Notes: generated by a model from the letters alone, not told the origin. A stretch of 64,000 bases of DNA from Octopus vulgaris (GCA_951406725.2 OX597824.1:42470001-42534000), one strand, 5' to 3'; positions 41,152 through 54,784 are shown, numbered from the stretch's first letter. Numbers and translations are program-made.

Positions 41152-41585
41152 ATGTATGTATATATATATATATGTATGTATGTATGTGTGTGTATGTGTA
41201 CGTACATACATACACACACACATACATACATACATACATACATACATACATACATACATACATACATACATACATACATACTGATTTCGTATATGCTGAT
41301 AAGCAGTTATAGCACGCTATCTTCTATGCACACATATCCGTAATTATGTATGCAAGGTTGTCACACTTGCGCAGTGGAGCATTTTTTTTTCTAGAAACTG
41401 CTGCAAGACACGGTGGCAATGGATGTAGAAAATGAAAATAACATCAAAAGTGAGAACAACGACAATAATAAGAACAACATTATATTTTACTTCAATTAAA
41501 TACGTTTGCATGTATGTGTTTGTATGTGTCTGTCTGTCTCTCTCTCTTTTCATCCTGCTCTCTCTCTCTCCTTCTCATTCTCTGT

Positions 41586-41668
<83 letters not shown>

Positions 41669-41775
41669 GCGTGTGAGAATGTTAGACTCGAATTGAATAA
41701 ACTAGCTTTTATCATTTTAAAGCAACTTTCTTCATTGTCGTTATCATCATCATCATCATCATCATCACCACCACC

Positions 41776-41844
<69 letters not shown>

Positions 41845-42010
41845 TTCATCGCCATCATTATCACCACCACCTCCATCCTCATTATCAGCATCATCGTCAT
41901 CGTCGTTGTCATTACCATCATTATCATCATCATCAGTTTTTAATTTGGTATAATCATTAACTTCATAGTGATTTCAGCCTTAATCTCATGCTCGCTCTAC
42001 TATATTAGAT

Positions 42011-42313
42011 GTGAAGGCGCGTGGCTTAGTGGTTAGGGCATTCGGCTCACGAGCATAAGGTCGTGAGTTCAATTCCCGGCGACACTTTATTTCACGTTGC
42101 TCCAGTCCACTCAGCTGGCAAAAATGAGTAGTACCTTTATTTCAAAGGGCCAACCTTGTCACACTCTGTGTCATGCTGAATCTCCCTGAGAACTACGTAA
42201 AGGGTACACGTGTCTGTGGAGTGTTCAGCCACTTGCTCGTTAATTTCACGAGCAAGCTGTTCCGTTGATTGTATCAGCTGAGGCCCTCGACGTCGTAACC
42301 GCCGGAGTGCTCC
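42011..42313 (+). mobile_element. tRNA-derived SINE (family D): core shared with 9213, 3' tail shared with family C
   Basis: A box tggcttagtgg, B box gttcaattcc; core cactttatttcacgttgctccagtccactcagctg; tail tttcaaagggcc...ggagtgc; approximate TSD tatattagat/tatatcagat. Confidence 0.85.
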
Positions 42314-42355
42314 TTTATATCAGATGTTTCTCATTGGTCAGGTGGGCCAGCTATC

Positions 42356-42446
<91 letters not shown>

Positions 42447-42599
42447 ATGGATCGTTTTTCTACTTTTTATGACAATGTCTTCATAGAGACATCTTTTATC
42501 CTATTTGGACGCAGCATGCAGAAAAATACTTTCTTACATGAAGTTTGATCTTAACTGCTAGAAACCTTTCTGTCTATTTTGTATTGTATGTAGATGTCA

Positions 42600-42810
42600 C
42601 AGATCCAGTACCATGGACACGTGATTAGAATGTCGCAAGAACGAATCATAAGACGGATTCTTCAAGCCGAAACAACCGACAGGAGACCCAGAGGGGTATC
42701 TTGAACGAAATTGTTGGGTAGTCTATGTTGGACATGCTTGGGAACCTAGCCAAAAAGTGTAATGACCGTTGCTTCTGATAAGACCCACTAGAGGAGGTAC
42801 CCCTATGACA
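42600..42810 (+). mobile_element. RTE (Expander/Rex3-like) LINE 3' fragment, same family as 28318
   Basis: YHGHVIRMSQERIIRRILQAETTDRRPRG...VASDK; clear nucleotide similarity to 28320-28500. Confidence 0.7.
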
Positions 42811-43112
42811 GTAGATTTTAAATATTTTCACTGATGTAATGAGATGTACGTACATCGGTGACGTCATTAATAATCCATTTTTATATTGGATTGCAAGTAT
42901 TTTACTTGTTTCAGTCATTAGACTGCGACCATGTTGGGGCACCGCCTTGAAGAATTTTAGTTGAAATTATCGACCCCAGTACTTATCAATTTTCTTGTAA
43001 AGCCTGGTTCTTATTCCATTAGTCTCTTTTGCCGAAGCCCTTCAGTTACGGGGATATAAATACACAAACGCTGGTTGACAAGCGGTAGTTGGGGGACAAA
43101 CACAAGCACAAA

Positions 43113-43154
<42 letters not shown>

Positions 43155-43240
43155 TTCTCTCATATACACACACATATATGCATATATTTATATATGTACG
43201 CATGTATGTATGTATGTATGTATGTATATATAAATATATA

Positions 43241-43860
43241 TACAAAAATGGGACAAGAACGCAAAACATCCAGACAGGTGATACAAAAGAGGGACAACAC
43301 CACATCCTGACAGACGATACAAAGAGAACAAGGACGGGGCATTCGGAGTTTTCTTTCCTCAGTCGAGTTCCAGATTATCTTTGCAATTTTGGCTTGTTAT
43401 ACTCGAGATTGCTCCAATCTGGCCAGCCCCTAGGAAAAACTAAGCTAACAGCACTAGATTTATTGGAAGAAAGCAGCGAATGTATACGAAAACAAGGACG
43501 AAAGAAAACGGCGAAATGGTACACAAATACAAATAACAGAACATTAACAACGGGTGCCTTTCGACTAAAGATGAATTAAATTAAGCTGGCGTGTGTGGAA
43601 GTAAAGCCTTACGGCAGGGACATAAGTTTTTAAAAAAGCACAGGGAGGAATACAGATGTTGCACGGACAGTAGTCGAACCAAGAAAGAAAGGTCGGGCTT
43701 GTCCGAACACCGGTCACGTGGGGAGAGATGAGAGAAGGGAGAGAGAGGGGGCAACGGGATAGAAGAATTAAGGAGGGGCGAGAAAAAATGAAAGGGACAG
43801 AGTGAAGTGAAAGAGGATGGAAGGTGTGCAATAAGGAGAAGGCCAGGAAATGTGTCTCAT
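43241..43860 (-). mobile_element. Probable Penelope-like pseudo-LTR fragment inserted in the (TA)n of a SINE
   Basis: Minus strand begins ETHFLAFSLLHTFHPLSLHSVPFIF, resembling the PLE endonuclease C-terminus (E..LIF.L.TL.P.GLN..F.F). Flanked by (TA)n; splits the minus-strand SINE at 42900-44015. Confidence 0.45.
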
Positions 43861-43903
43861 ATATATATATATATATAAGCGACCCATTTATATATATATA
43901 TAA

Positions 43904-43975
<72 letters not shown>

Positions 43976-46277
43976 CATAGGCTTTCAGTTTCCGTCCACC
44001 ATATCAACTTACAAGGCTAGTGTTTCTAGAGATACTCATGGGGCGATCATTTACCTTGTCAGTGTATATATATTGCGCACTTCTTACAGAATTAAGAGAG
44101 TTTAACTCTTACTTCTTGTAATATAAGTGCTTCGGCATCCTCAGTGACAGTGAAGATAAAATCTTCCCTTTATGGTATTATATTGCACCTAGCTGTTTAT
44201 ATTAATTTTTAATATACGCATTAGCATTTCGCTAAGTCAGTCATAAATGTTTATGGTAAAACTGTATATACTAGAAGACAGAATTAGTCAATCGACTGTT
44301 TGGGTAGTCACTACTGACAAGTCTACGACTGATAGGCGTAACTAGTCTAGTCTAGTGATTATAGAGACGCTCATATATGTACGTATATGTGTGTGTGTTA
44401 GTCCTCCACCATTGCTTCACAACCGGTGTGGGTTTATAAACACTCTCGTAATTTAGCAGTTTGGCAAAAGTGTCCGACGAAGTAACTACCAGGCTGTAAG
44501 AAATTAAATACTAATCCAATTCCTTCGACTAAAACCCTTCAAAGCGGAGCTCCAGTGTATCCACAGTCGAATGACAAAAACAAGTGAAAGACAAAAAGGT
44601 GTGTATGTGTGTATGCGCGCGCGTGTGTGTGTGTGAGTGTGCGTGCCTAAAATAATTAATTCATAGACACGCTTTAGCAATGGTATCCACAAAAGATAAC
44701 CCATACTAATACACGATACTCACTAATGAAAATAAAAACAGGAGACAATGGTTGTCCAATAAAAGTATGAATATCTTTAATTTAACAAAAAATTTTAATA
44801 AAGTGCACCATATTCCCTTCCCTATTTAAACATTTCAATCTTGACCAAAACACTATTGAAAACACACATTTGCAGAAGTCACCCAACCATATAATACCAT
44901 TTACAATATGAAACACATTCATTCTCCTCCATAAACGCATGTCATTTTAATTAGTTAAACAGTTAAATTCAAAAGGAAAATAACAAACAATAACGCTTAA
45001 ATAATTAAGAAAACAAAATAAATGCAAGCATCTAAGCACACTCCTCCCCAGCCAAACACACACATAAACACATCTTTAAAACCTTCTGACCTTGACCAAA
45101 ACAAAAATCACACCAACAAAATCACTCTAGCATGAACGATAATATGAAACACCCTACGTGTAAACCAATGAAGCAAATTAACCAAAAACAAATAACTAAT
45201 AACCAAGTCAGCTCTTCGCCAAACAAAATTGAAAAACATTAAGGCGAAATAATTAATGAAGATGCACAAAAATAACAGTGAATCAAAAGATGGTGGCAGT
45301 AGGGTAAGAAGTTTGCTTCCTGCCTCATGGTTCTGAGTTTAATCCCACAGCGTGGCACGTTGGACAAGTGTCTTCTACTATAGCCTCGGGGAGACCAAAA
45401 CATCGTGAATGGATTTGGTATGTTTGTTTGTCTTCTGACATCGTTCGACAGCCAGAGCTGGTTTGTTTATGTTCCTGTAAGTTATGGGTTCGACCAAAAA
45501 AAAAAAAAAAAAAAAAAAAAAAAACAAGCGACCGATAGAATAAGTATCAGGCTTTTATAAAAATAAGAAATGAAGTCGATTTCTACACCTCGGGGAAAGT
45601 GTATCTTTGTGTTTGTTTTTGTCCATCCGACATTGACTGCTGGTGGTGGTGGTGGTGGTTTGTTATTAACACCCTCCTAACTTAGCGGTCTGACCTAAGA
45701 AACCGATTCAATAAGTACCAAACTTAAGAATAAATAAATATAAATATTTGATTGAGTAACTGAACAAAGCCTTGTGAATGAAATTTGTGAACGGCAAATC
45801 TAGCAGCCGGTAAGCTATCGGCACTATGTAGAGTTTCAATGAATGTTCACAAGCAGAGATTTTGCGGGCAGTGAATATAGAACTCCGTCTTACCTCCAAG
45901 GAGAACGTTAGAGGAATAGAGGATAATTCAATATTGCTGTTTCAAACTTTTCGGATTATGTGCGTGATCGAGAATCCGATTGGTTATCTTCAGTTGAATC
46001 TACCATTGAAGATCAAATATTAAAATATCCACTACATCTCTGCCTGTTTACTCAGCTGAAAGACCCAGGCAAAATCAGAACGATGATCAGTGAAAAGATA
46101 TGCAAGAAATATAAATATCATTAAAAGATTACTAGGCGCAGCTGTGGCTGTGTGGTAAGAAGCATGCTTACCAACCACATGGTTCCAGGTTCAGTCCCAC
46201 TGCGTGGCACCTTGGGCAATTCTCTTCTACTATAGCCTAGTGAGTGGATTTGGTAGACGGAAACTGAAGAAGTCTGT

Positions 46278-46374
<97 letters not shown>

Positions 46375-46401
46375 ATGAATGTATGTATGTATGTATGTAT
46401 G

Positions 46402-46938
46402 TACCGAAATTTAGAAATAGCAGTTAAACTACTATTTCCCTACCATAAGAAAATCTCCCAGGCAGCAATACTCCCATTCTCCTCTTCAGTACAGTAATTC
46501 AAGGTTTTAAATTTGAGAGCACTGAAAAATTAAACATACTTATCTGACCAGGCGACATCAGATAACATACATCCAACGACCAGTAATTCCGAAATCAAAC
46601 AGACGAATGAGATCTCGTATTCCTCCTCGTTCACCCACCTGTGCTAGCGAGTAAAATTCCACAGAAAACTGCGGTTTACTATCAGAGAGAGAATTATAAT
46701 AATAATAAAGGGTAAAATTAATTAATTAATTAATTATTAATAATTTTACCAAGTAGTTCGGTATGTTAAAAGAACCATTACGGTAAACTCATACAAAAAT
46801 TCTATAATTATGAGTATAATTATAATTAGGGTTCAGCAGAAATTTGCTTCACCACATACCGAAATTTAAAATAGCAGTTAAACTACTATTTCCCTACCAT
46901 AAGAAAATCTCCCAGACAGCAATTCTCAACAACTCACG

Positions 46939-46939
<1 letters not shown>
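46402..46939 (-). mobile_element. Non-coding hammerhead-family repeat with terminal direct repeat (retrozyme / PLE pLTR-like)
   Basis: 46402-46472 is repeated at 46857-46939. Shares sequence with 49062-49321 plus 50476-50537 and with 35088-35172. The hammerhead is partly deleted in this copy. Confidence 0.7.
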
Positions 46940-46979
<40 letters not shown>

Positions 46980-46980
<1 letters not shown>

Positions 46981-47690
46981 AAGAAAGGTAAAAAATACGC
47001 ACACTTTACATAGTTTTAATATAATTTTAATATATCGACCGGTTTCGCTATCGCTATTCATATTATGGTTTACTTATTTGAATGTGTATTTTCTTAAGAA
47101 GAAATTTTGCCCATGTGATGATATTTACGAGTGAATGACTTCACAAGTAGAAAAATAAGGGGAGGTAATTGGTTATCGTTATTGTTATTGTTGTGGGCAA
47201 GAGAGATAACTGTTCAGCTTTCGGTAAGGGGAGGGGAATATATATATGTACAGACAAAAATGGTTTCGAAAAACTTGTTTAGTTAGGGGATTTATGTACA
47301 GTGATGAAATATATTAAAAGATAAATGTTGGTTATGCGTGTATATTAAGATGTGTTCTGTATTTTTCAATGAAAAAAGTTTCTTTATTTAAACTTTCTTG
47401 TGGAGAGATTGTATCTTTGCACTGGTAGAAGGGGAAGACTGTGAAATTTGGTTTGATGTTTTCTGCACATTTTTCTATATGTTCACTGAGAAGAATTTGC
47501 CTGTATTGCGGGAAACGGATTTGCTCTTTATGTAGAGTGATTCTCTTTCGCAAGGTCATGTTCGCTTGTCCAATATAGTTGTGTCCGCAACCCGAGCAGG
47601 TTATTACATAAATTACGCTCTCAGAGGCGCAAGTGAATTCCTTCCATGAGTAATTCTGTGTTCTCTTCGCTGGACAGTAAAATTTGTCAG
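46980..47690 (-). mobile_element. Penelope-like element 3' fragment: GIY-YIG endonuclease plus 3' pseudo-LTR
   Basis: ORF 47332-47745(-): FTCASESVIYVITCSGCGHNYIGQANMTLRKRITLH...LSEHIEKC...KETFFIEKY..HLN (GIY-YIG with CCHH). Downstream is a half hammerhead motif GAAACCGGTC at about 47036-47046. Confidence 0.88.
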
Positions 47691-48049
47691 GATTGTATAT
47701 TAATATTAATAATAATAAAGCGTATGGAGACTCGTACATCCACAAAACTTATGCTACCTTCAATATGCAAAGGTTCATCCAATTCCTCATCCTGATTGAA
47801 ATAATTTGTTTGTTAATTGGTGCTCACTAGCTAAATAGAATTTACTTCAATCTGTTCACTGCAGCGACAATATTGCAAGGTTGCATTTGTATCAATGAGT
47901 AGTAGCTACAACAAAAACACGTGTAGGTTATCATAATATGATGTATATAACCACAAAATAAATTTACGTGATGTACAAGTCTTACACACATTATTATTAA
48001 CACACACACACATATATATATATATACATATATATATGTGTGTGTGTGT

Positions 48050-48110
<61 letters not shown>

Positions 48111-48162
48111 GTGTATATATATATATATATATTTGCCTAATAGTGATTTTATCTCTAATTTA

Positions 48163-48210
<48 letters not shown>

Positions 48211-48401
48211 TCTTCCAGTCTTTGGATCGATACCATGAAGGGTTTAGTCGAACAAATTAACTTGAGTAAGTATTTTAAAGATGGTACTTATTCTATCGGT
48301 ATGTTTTGCCGAAACATCAAGTTACGGGGACGTAAACAAACCAGCACCGGTTGTTTAATGACGGTTGGCGACAAACAGAAAAAAAACACATACATATAGG
48401 T

Positions 48402-48453
<52 letters not shown>

Positions 48454-49186
48454 TGGACATCATCCCCGTGCCAATCAAACATTCCAAGAAATTTACTAAT
48501 GAACATCTTATATAAAACTTCGTCTTACCATTACTCGCAAACGAGTATGACCTGCTAACTTGCATCACGTTTCAACTAATTGTTTTACGTGCCCATGTAG
48601 TTGCAAGTAGACATAGACACACTCTCAGCTTTTGTACACTTGATTCATTTCAACATGGAAGATATAACAACTGAAAAAAGAAGGAGAAGGCTGCATCAGC
48701 ACTCAGCTAGTACTCATTTCCAGCTGAGTAGACTAAACCAATGTAGAATGAAATGCTTTGATCAAAGATACGATGCGAGTATGTTTCTGAATGTTTGGGA
48801 GTTGTTTTTCTCTTTTTTCTCCTCCCTTCTCTCTTGTTGCTTTTTGTATGTATGTATGTATGTATGTATGTATGTATGTATGTATGTATGTATGCATGTA
48901 TGCATGTATGCATGCATGTATGTATGTATGTATGTATGTATGTATGTATGTATGTATGTATGCATGTATACATGTATGCATGTATGCATGTATGCATGTA
49001 TGTATGCATGTATGTATGTATGTATGTATTATGTATGTATGTACGTATGTATGCTTGTACGTACCGAAATTTAGAAATAGCAGTTAAACTACTATTTCCC
49101 TACCATTAGAAAATCTCCCAGGCAGCAATACTCAACAACTCACGCAGGTAAAGAGAAAAAATAACGAATCCACTCGGATTTGATTA

Positions 49187-49270
49187 ACTGTATACGCGTT
49201 TCGGAGTTAGAGAGATGGGAAAAAATGTAAAATCATATTTCTACTCTCCCATTCTCCTCTTCAGTACAGT
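49187..49270 (-). ncRNA. Type I minimal hammerhead ribozyme motif, intact core
   Basis: Minus strand: actgta CTGAAGA ggag[extended hairpin atggga..tcccat]ctcc GAAA cgcg TA^ tacagt. Stem I 6 bp, stem II 4+ bp, palindromic stem III ACGCGT typical of Penelope-associated dimeric hammerheads. Confidence 0.8.
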
Positions 49271-49321
49271 AATTCAGCATTTTAAATTTGAGAGCACTGA
49301 AAAATTAAACATACTTATCTG

Positions 49322-50475
49322 GGATCTTTTCTATTTTGAGGCCAGTTTTTTCAAATTTTTCCTACTGAACCAAACAATTTGAAACTTCGTATACTGGTAG
49401 AATGTGTCAAAAGTAAACTTAATTGTAAACCAGAATGAAAACGGAATTGTAACTTCTAAGTTTAACGTTGTTTAATAATTAGAATTTTAACCAATGATAT
49501 TCCGTCATTCGGCTTTATTTTATTTACTCCGTCTCGACCACCAATTTCGTGACGTATTTAACATCTTAAATGTAAACAAGTCAGCCACCTTCTAATAACA
49601 ATATTTAAAACTAGTTAATAAGCCACATGTATTAAATTGAAAATGTTTCCATTCTGTATGTCTGCATGTATGTGTGTGTGTATGTATGTGTAAGTATGTG
49701 TGTGTGTGTATGTATGTGTGTGTGTGTATGTATGTATAGCCGATTCATCGTAATCGTAATTACGATGAATTGGCCATACATACATAGATACATACACACA
49801 CACACATACATGCAGACATACATATACACATACACCGAGTAAAAAATTTCAGTTATCTCTCTCTTTCACACATTACTCTCTCTGTCTCTTCACACACACT
49901 AACAGAAGCACTTCACTTACACAACATACTGTCTCCCACACCCCATCAAACACACACACACACACACATGTACATCAATGCTTCCCCTAGACGGTAACTT
50001 CAAAGACAAACTTCCCTCGTCATAAAATCGCTTCCTCTTAGTCTCTTTCGCTCTCATTACTTATGTAAATCGACGGAAATCGACGGAAAACTTGTGCTAC
50101 GACAAGCGAAACTTCGCCGAAATTTAATATTAAAAAAGCAAAGAGCTGGCAGAAACGTTAGCACGCCGGGCGAAATGCGTAGCCGTATTTCGTCTGCCGT
50201 GTTTGTTTACAGTTTTCCGAACGTTAGTACGTCACAAAAGCGCTTTCTACGTCACACTAATAGAATGCAGTCAAGTTTTACACATGAAAACAAACAATCT
50301 GATTGGTTAAAATTCGCAGTTTTAATCTACGATTAAAGTCATAAACTAGATTTTTCTCAAATAAACTAGTTCCAACCTGTGTCTTGTTTTGCTAGACTCT
50401 ATCAGCATACGAAGTTTCAGATTATTTAGTTAAGTAGAAAGATCTGTGGTCCTGGCTTCAGAATAGAAAAGATCC
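49322..50475. mobile_element. Non-autonomous DNA transposon (Merlin-like) with TIRs and 8-bp TSD
   Basis: TIR ggatcttttctattttgaggccag / ctggcttcagaatagaaaagatcc. TSD cttatctg at 49314-49321 and 50476-50483. The empty site is visible in the paralogous repeat at about 46535-46550. Confidence 0.85.
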
Positions 50476-51815
50476 CTTATCTGACCAAGCGACATCAGAC
50501 AACGTATATCCAACGACCAGTAATTCCGAAATCAAAGAGATTTATCTTTCTATTATTTCCCTATTTAGGCAGAGAGCTGGCAGAATCGTTTACTAGTAGA
50601 ACGAACTGCATAGCAGCATTTCTTCCAGCTTTACGTTCTGAGTTCAAATTACGCCGAGGTCGACTTTGCCTTTCAACCTTTCGGGGTCGATAAAATAATT
50701 ACCAGTCTAGCGTTGGGGCTAATGTAGTTAACTTCCTCTCCCACTAAATTTACTGTGCCAAAATCTGAAACCCTTTCTTTACTTCTGATTCTATCTCTCT
50801 CTTTTCTGCTGTTTGCTTGTCTCTTTTTCTTGTCTCATATCTTACCTCCCTTTATGTTCTTCCCTCTTTCCCCCACGCCCCATTATTCCCTCTTCGTCGT
50901 CACCCCTTGCTTCCATCTTTCCTGTCATTGTTCGTTCACCACTCACCCAATCGACCCAGCCGCCAACTACCGCACATGCAATTCATTATCATAATAAAAA
51001 GAAAGATTTATGCTTAATTACTGGTACTTAGTTGTGTCAGTCCAGCTAAGAGAACTAACCTCCTTCATTTCTTCACTGGGCGTGAAGGGAAGGGAAGAGA
51101 GTGCTTGATTCCTTTAGCTTCCTCCTCGCTACACATTCTTTTCTTTTTCTTAATAGCAAAAGTCCTGCAGAGTAGGTTGTATTTCACTGAAGGCAGGTGT
51201 TAAAACTGGCTTTTAGGGACCAAGTGTCATTAACGTCTGGTAGAATTAAAGAGGTAGGTGGGGATGGGTGAAATAAGGTGTGGTTGAAACATAAACGGAA
51301 AGAGAAGAAAAGAGAGAGAGAGAGAGAGAGAGAGAGGAGGAGGAAAAAGCGATTTGACAAAACATGGATTAAGACAAAAAGAGAGAAGAAAAGTGGGTGA
51401 CAGAGACGGGGAAAGAAATGACAGAAGCAAACACACACAGAGGGATGCAGAGTAAATGACAGCAAATAGATGCCCAGAACATAATTCTCTGTGAGAATGG
51501 ATGAGCTTTAATTTATTAAATTAAAGAAAAAAATTTCTTTATTCTTTTTGGGGGAAGAAATTTTTGCAGTCTGTTACCAAGGCAATAATTGACTGTAGTC
51601 CCCTCCTAAGTTCATGAACAATTGCCCATGAAAATGTACCTCATTCTATGGTACCACTTTTTCTTTGCTTCACAGTCAGTTCTGTGGCACAACAAGGCTC
51701 AGACCTTAACTTATCCAAGCAGACGTCTTTCTGAAGGCGGCCTATTATAGATACTCACGGCAAGATAAAGTGCAACGTGTTCTTTAAGCTTCTCTTAGTT
51801 AGCAGAGGCTTCCTA

Positions 51816-52217
51816 GGATCTTTTCGGTTTGAACGGCAGTCTTTTTCTAGCGGTGTCATATGAAATTGTCACCCATAATTATGACCCTAGTATCGATCTA
51901 TTGCATTTTTAGGGTTAATCTGTTTTAGGGTTAAGGTTAGTTAGGGTTACAAATGTAAATAAACCCAATCTGTTTCTTAAACGAGGGACATATTCATATG
52001 GCACAGAATGTTTTCAACTTAATAGACGTCAGTGATTGGTTGAAATTGCAGAAATTGAAGAAAAAAACAACAACTATCTTACAAACTATAGAATTTTCTC
52101 AATAAAGCCAAGAGAAAAAGATGTTTTATAAACACATTCTACCAGTATTCGAAGTTTAAAATTTTTTTAGTTACCTAGAAATTATGTTAAAAACTGCCGT
52201 TCAAACCGAAAAGATCC
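51816..52217. mobile_element. MITE (Merlin-like) with perfect 25-bp TIRs and 8-bp TSD
   Basis: TIR ggatcttttcggtttgaacggcagt / actgccgttcaaaccgaaaagatcc. TSD gcttccta at 51808-51815 and 52218-52225. Confidence 0.9.
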
Positions 52218-54784
52218 GCTTCCTAACATACCTTTCCAATGTAAAACCAGCATTAAGCTTTATTGGAACAATTTTGTATTTTAGCAGCTCTAAATTCTCT
52301 TGACAGATGCTGCACGCATTCTTGCCTTTTCTAAAAAAAAAAAAAAAAAATAATATTAATAGTTTGTTGAAGTACTGAGTATTTGTCATCTTGACTTTTA
52401 TTGTGGTACAGATCCTTTGTGGTACTAATCCTGCCAGATCCTTTCCATTTTTCTTGCAGTAGTACCGGCTATCAAGAAATGTGGACCGCTAATGTTTTTT
52501 TATGGTCGGCAGAAAAATGGTGATTCTCGTTCTCTTCCGTTGTTTGTGAATTTCAGAATGACATTGAGCCCGTTTCACGTAGCATAGCAATATTATGACT
52601 AATAACAACATCAGCATGAACCTTTGTCTTTTCTTTTTTGTTTTCGGTATATCTAGCTCAAAAGAAATATGCAATGATAAATCGTATAGGATAAATCGAA
52701 ATATGCAATGATAAATCGTATAGGGTACATGTTAGACTGGACATATCATACTCTCTTTCTTTTTCTTTCTCAGTTTTCTTTTTCTTCTTCCCATCTCTCT
52801 TTCTCTCTACTCTATCATCTACTTGTACTTACATACATAATAATGGTAGACACAGCGGAGACTTACAATGTGGTCTTCATTAACCCAAGACAGCCGCTGC
52901 ACTTGGCGCTTCCTCTCACAATGAACCAAGCTAGTAAGGTTGTTGATGTTGCAGTTATTTGTATATGCATATATTCCTTATGATAAATATGAAAGGAAGT
53001 GATATTGGATGATATGCATATGTTTCTGATTGCCTACAACTATTCAGGAACTGGAGTTGAAATTTACTGCAGCAACGCAAATTCTTCCGCTCCAATGTTG
53101 AGCTTGACATCAAGTTTAAGGATATTAGTTCCGTTATATAGATTGTCTGTGGTTGCGATCTGTGTACAATCTCAATTTTGCATTGTTTGTAGTGTATTGT
53201 AGGTGGTTGTGGAGACATTTGGCTTCCAGGTTGGACTGGCATGGTCCATATTGGAATGATGAGGATGTGTGGTTCAGCTGTGCACAGCATTAGGTTTTGG
53301 GGAATTTTTTTTAAGGTGTGCATAGAAAGGTTATGGGTTCGTTATTTCATCTAGGTTATTGTTTGACTTTTGAATATAGTTGTATGGGTTGCTTTGTGCA
53401 CTGATTCCTTCACGTTCTCTGTACATATTTGCGATACTGGATGTTTCTGGGATTTTTGATTCTGCAAAATCTCTTATTGCTTTTCGGTTGTCTGATAGAA
53501 GGAAGGAGTCAAATTTGTGGTCGATGTAGAAGGGGCATATTTATCTTTGTGATCCTGGCTACTTCACATGCTTTCTTTTAATTTTTTTCTTCTCTTTTTT
53601 TTTTTTTTTTTTTGGTCGTGGGGACATGCTGATTCTCAATGAGTGCCTGATAAGTGTGTTTTCTTGGTGTTTCAGTGAGGGGATATTTGTTGTGGGCAGC
53701 TATTATGACAGAGGGTTTGACATGACAATTGCTATTGCTGATAATGTTAATTACTCAACAATGTTTTACTGTTAATTTTGTGGTTTACGTTAAAAGCGAA
53801 TGTTTGCTAGTTTTTTGGGTTTTTTTCCTTTTTTGTATTACTGGAATTTCACTACTTCTTCATTGTTTTGTTTTCGGTTGTAATTTTTTATTTCTTTCTT
53901 TAATTGTTCGATTCTGAATTTTATTTCTGTTACCCGTAGAGCTGGTCTATCGTTTTTGAGGTTGTCGTCAATTTTAATTAGGATGGGGCTTAATGAATTA
54001 ACATGCTTCATGTTGCTACTTTTTTTCTTTTTCGAAAGTCTGTACTTGTTGTGCTCCGCCGTTTCCTACTAATTTACGAATAGTATTTAAAACATCTATA
54101 CATACTGAATATACGATTTGACTACGTTGTATGTCAATAGCCCACCAGCATTGTGAAATGATTGTTTAGACTGATATAGGTATAGTTTGCAGTTCTGGAT
54201 GTTCTATGTTCAGGTCGTAAGGATGACTCCTCAATTATTGCTTCATGAGTGAGGATAAAAAAAAATTTATTCCTATAATGGTGTTTTTAACGCCGTTTGT
54301 ATTGTATTGCATGAGTTTCAGATTTTTTCTTCATATACGTAGAATACTTTAGGTATGTAAAGCATTTATTTTTAAATGCTTTTGTACAAGCCAAAAACAA
54401 CAGCACTGCATTCTTCAATATTTGCTGCCAATAAAATAAATATTTTTCCTATATAGTCGGTCATTTCTCTGGATTTTTTGAAATGCTGCTTGAAGTATTT
54501 TCAACCAGTAGTTTTATTAGGCATTTATCTTTAGAATATTTTAGAAGTCGTCCTGTGCAGATTTGTTAGCAATGTCATTCTTTAACAGTGTTTGTGTGAG
54601 AACTATTTCTGTATGTGGAGTATACATCATTCAGCTAAACCACGGCAGTCTGTTTTTCCCTTCCGTCCCAATGCATTCAGTATTAGTTTATACTGAATAT
54701 TTATTTTGTAGACAGTAGAAACAGAGACAGACAGACAGACAGACAGAAAGAAAGACAAACAGACAGATAGACAGACATACACAC

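Larger units (their letters stand above)
49062..50537 (-). mobile_element. Second copy of the hammerhead-family repeat, interrupted by the Merlin-like transposon
   Basis: taccgaaatttagaaatagcag... matches 46402; continues after the insertion with cttatctgacc...ccagtaattccgaaatcaaa. Confidence 0.75.

Noticed and set aside
43330-43370. Minus-strand CTGAGGA..CGAA hammerhead-like motif
   Set aside because: GAAA is absent, stem I cannot form and stem II is weak.
52663-52724. 34-bp tandem duplication (also 15-bp duplication near 34243 and a 25-bp direct repeat at 30928/31635)
   Set aside because: Ordinary local duplications with no further structure.
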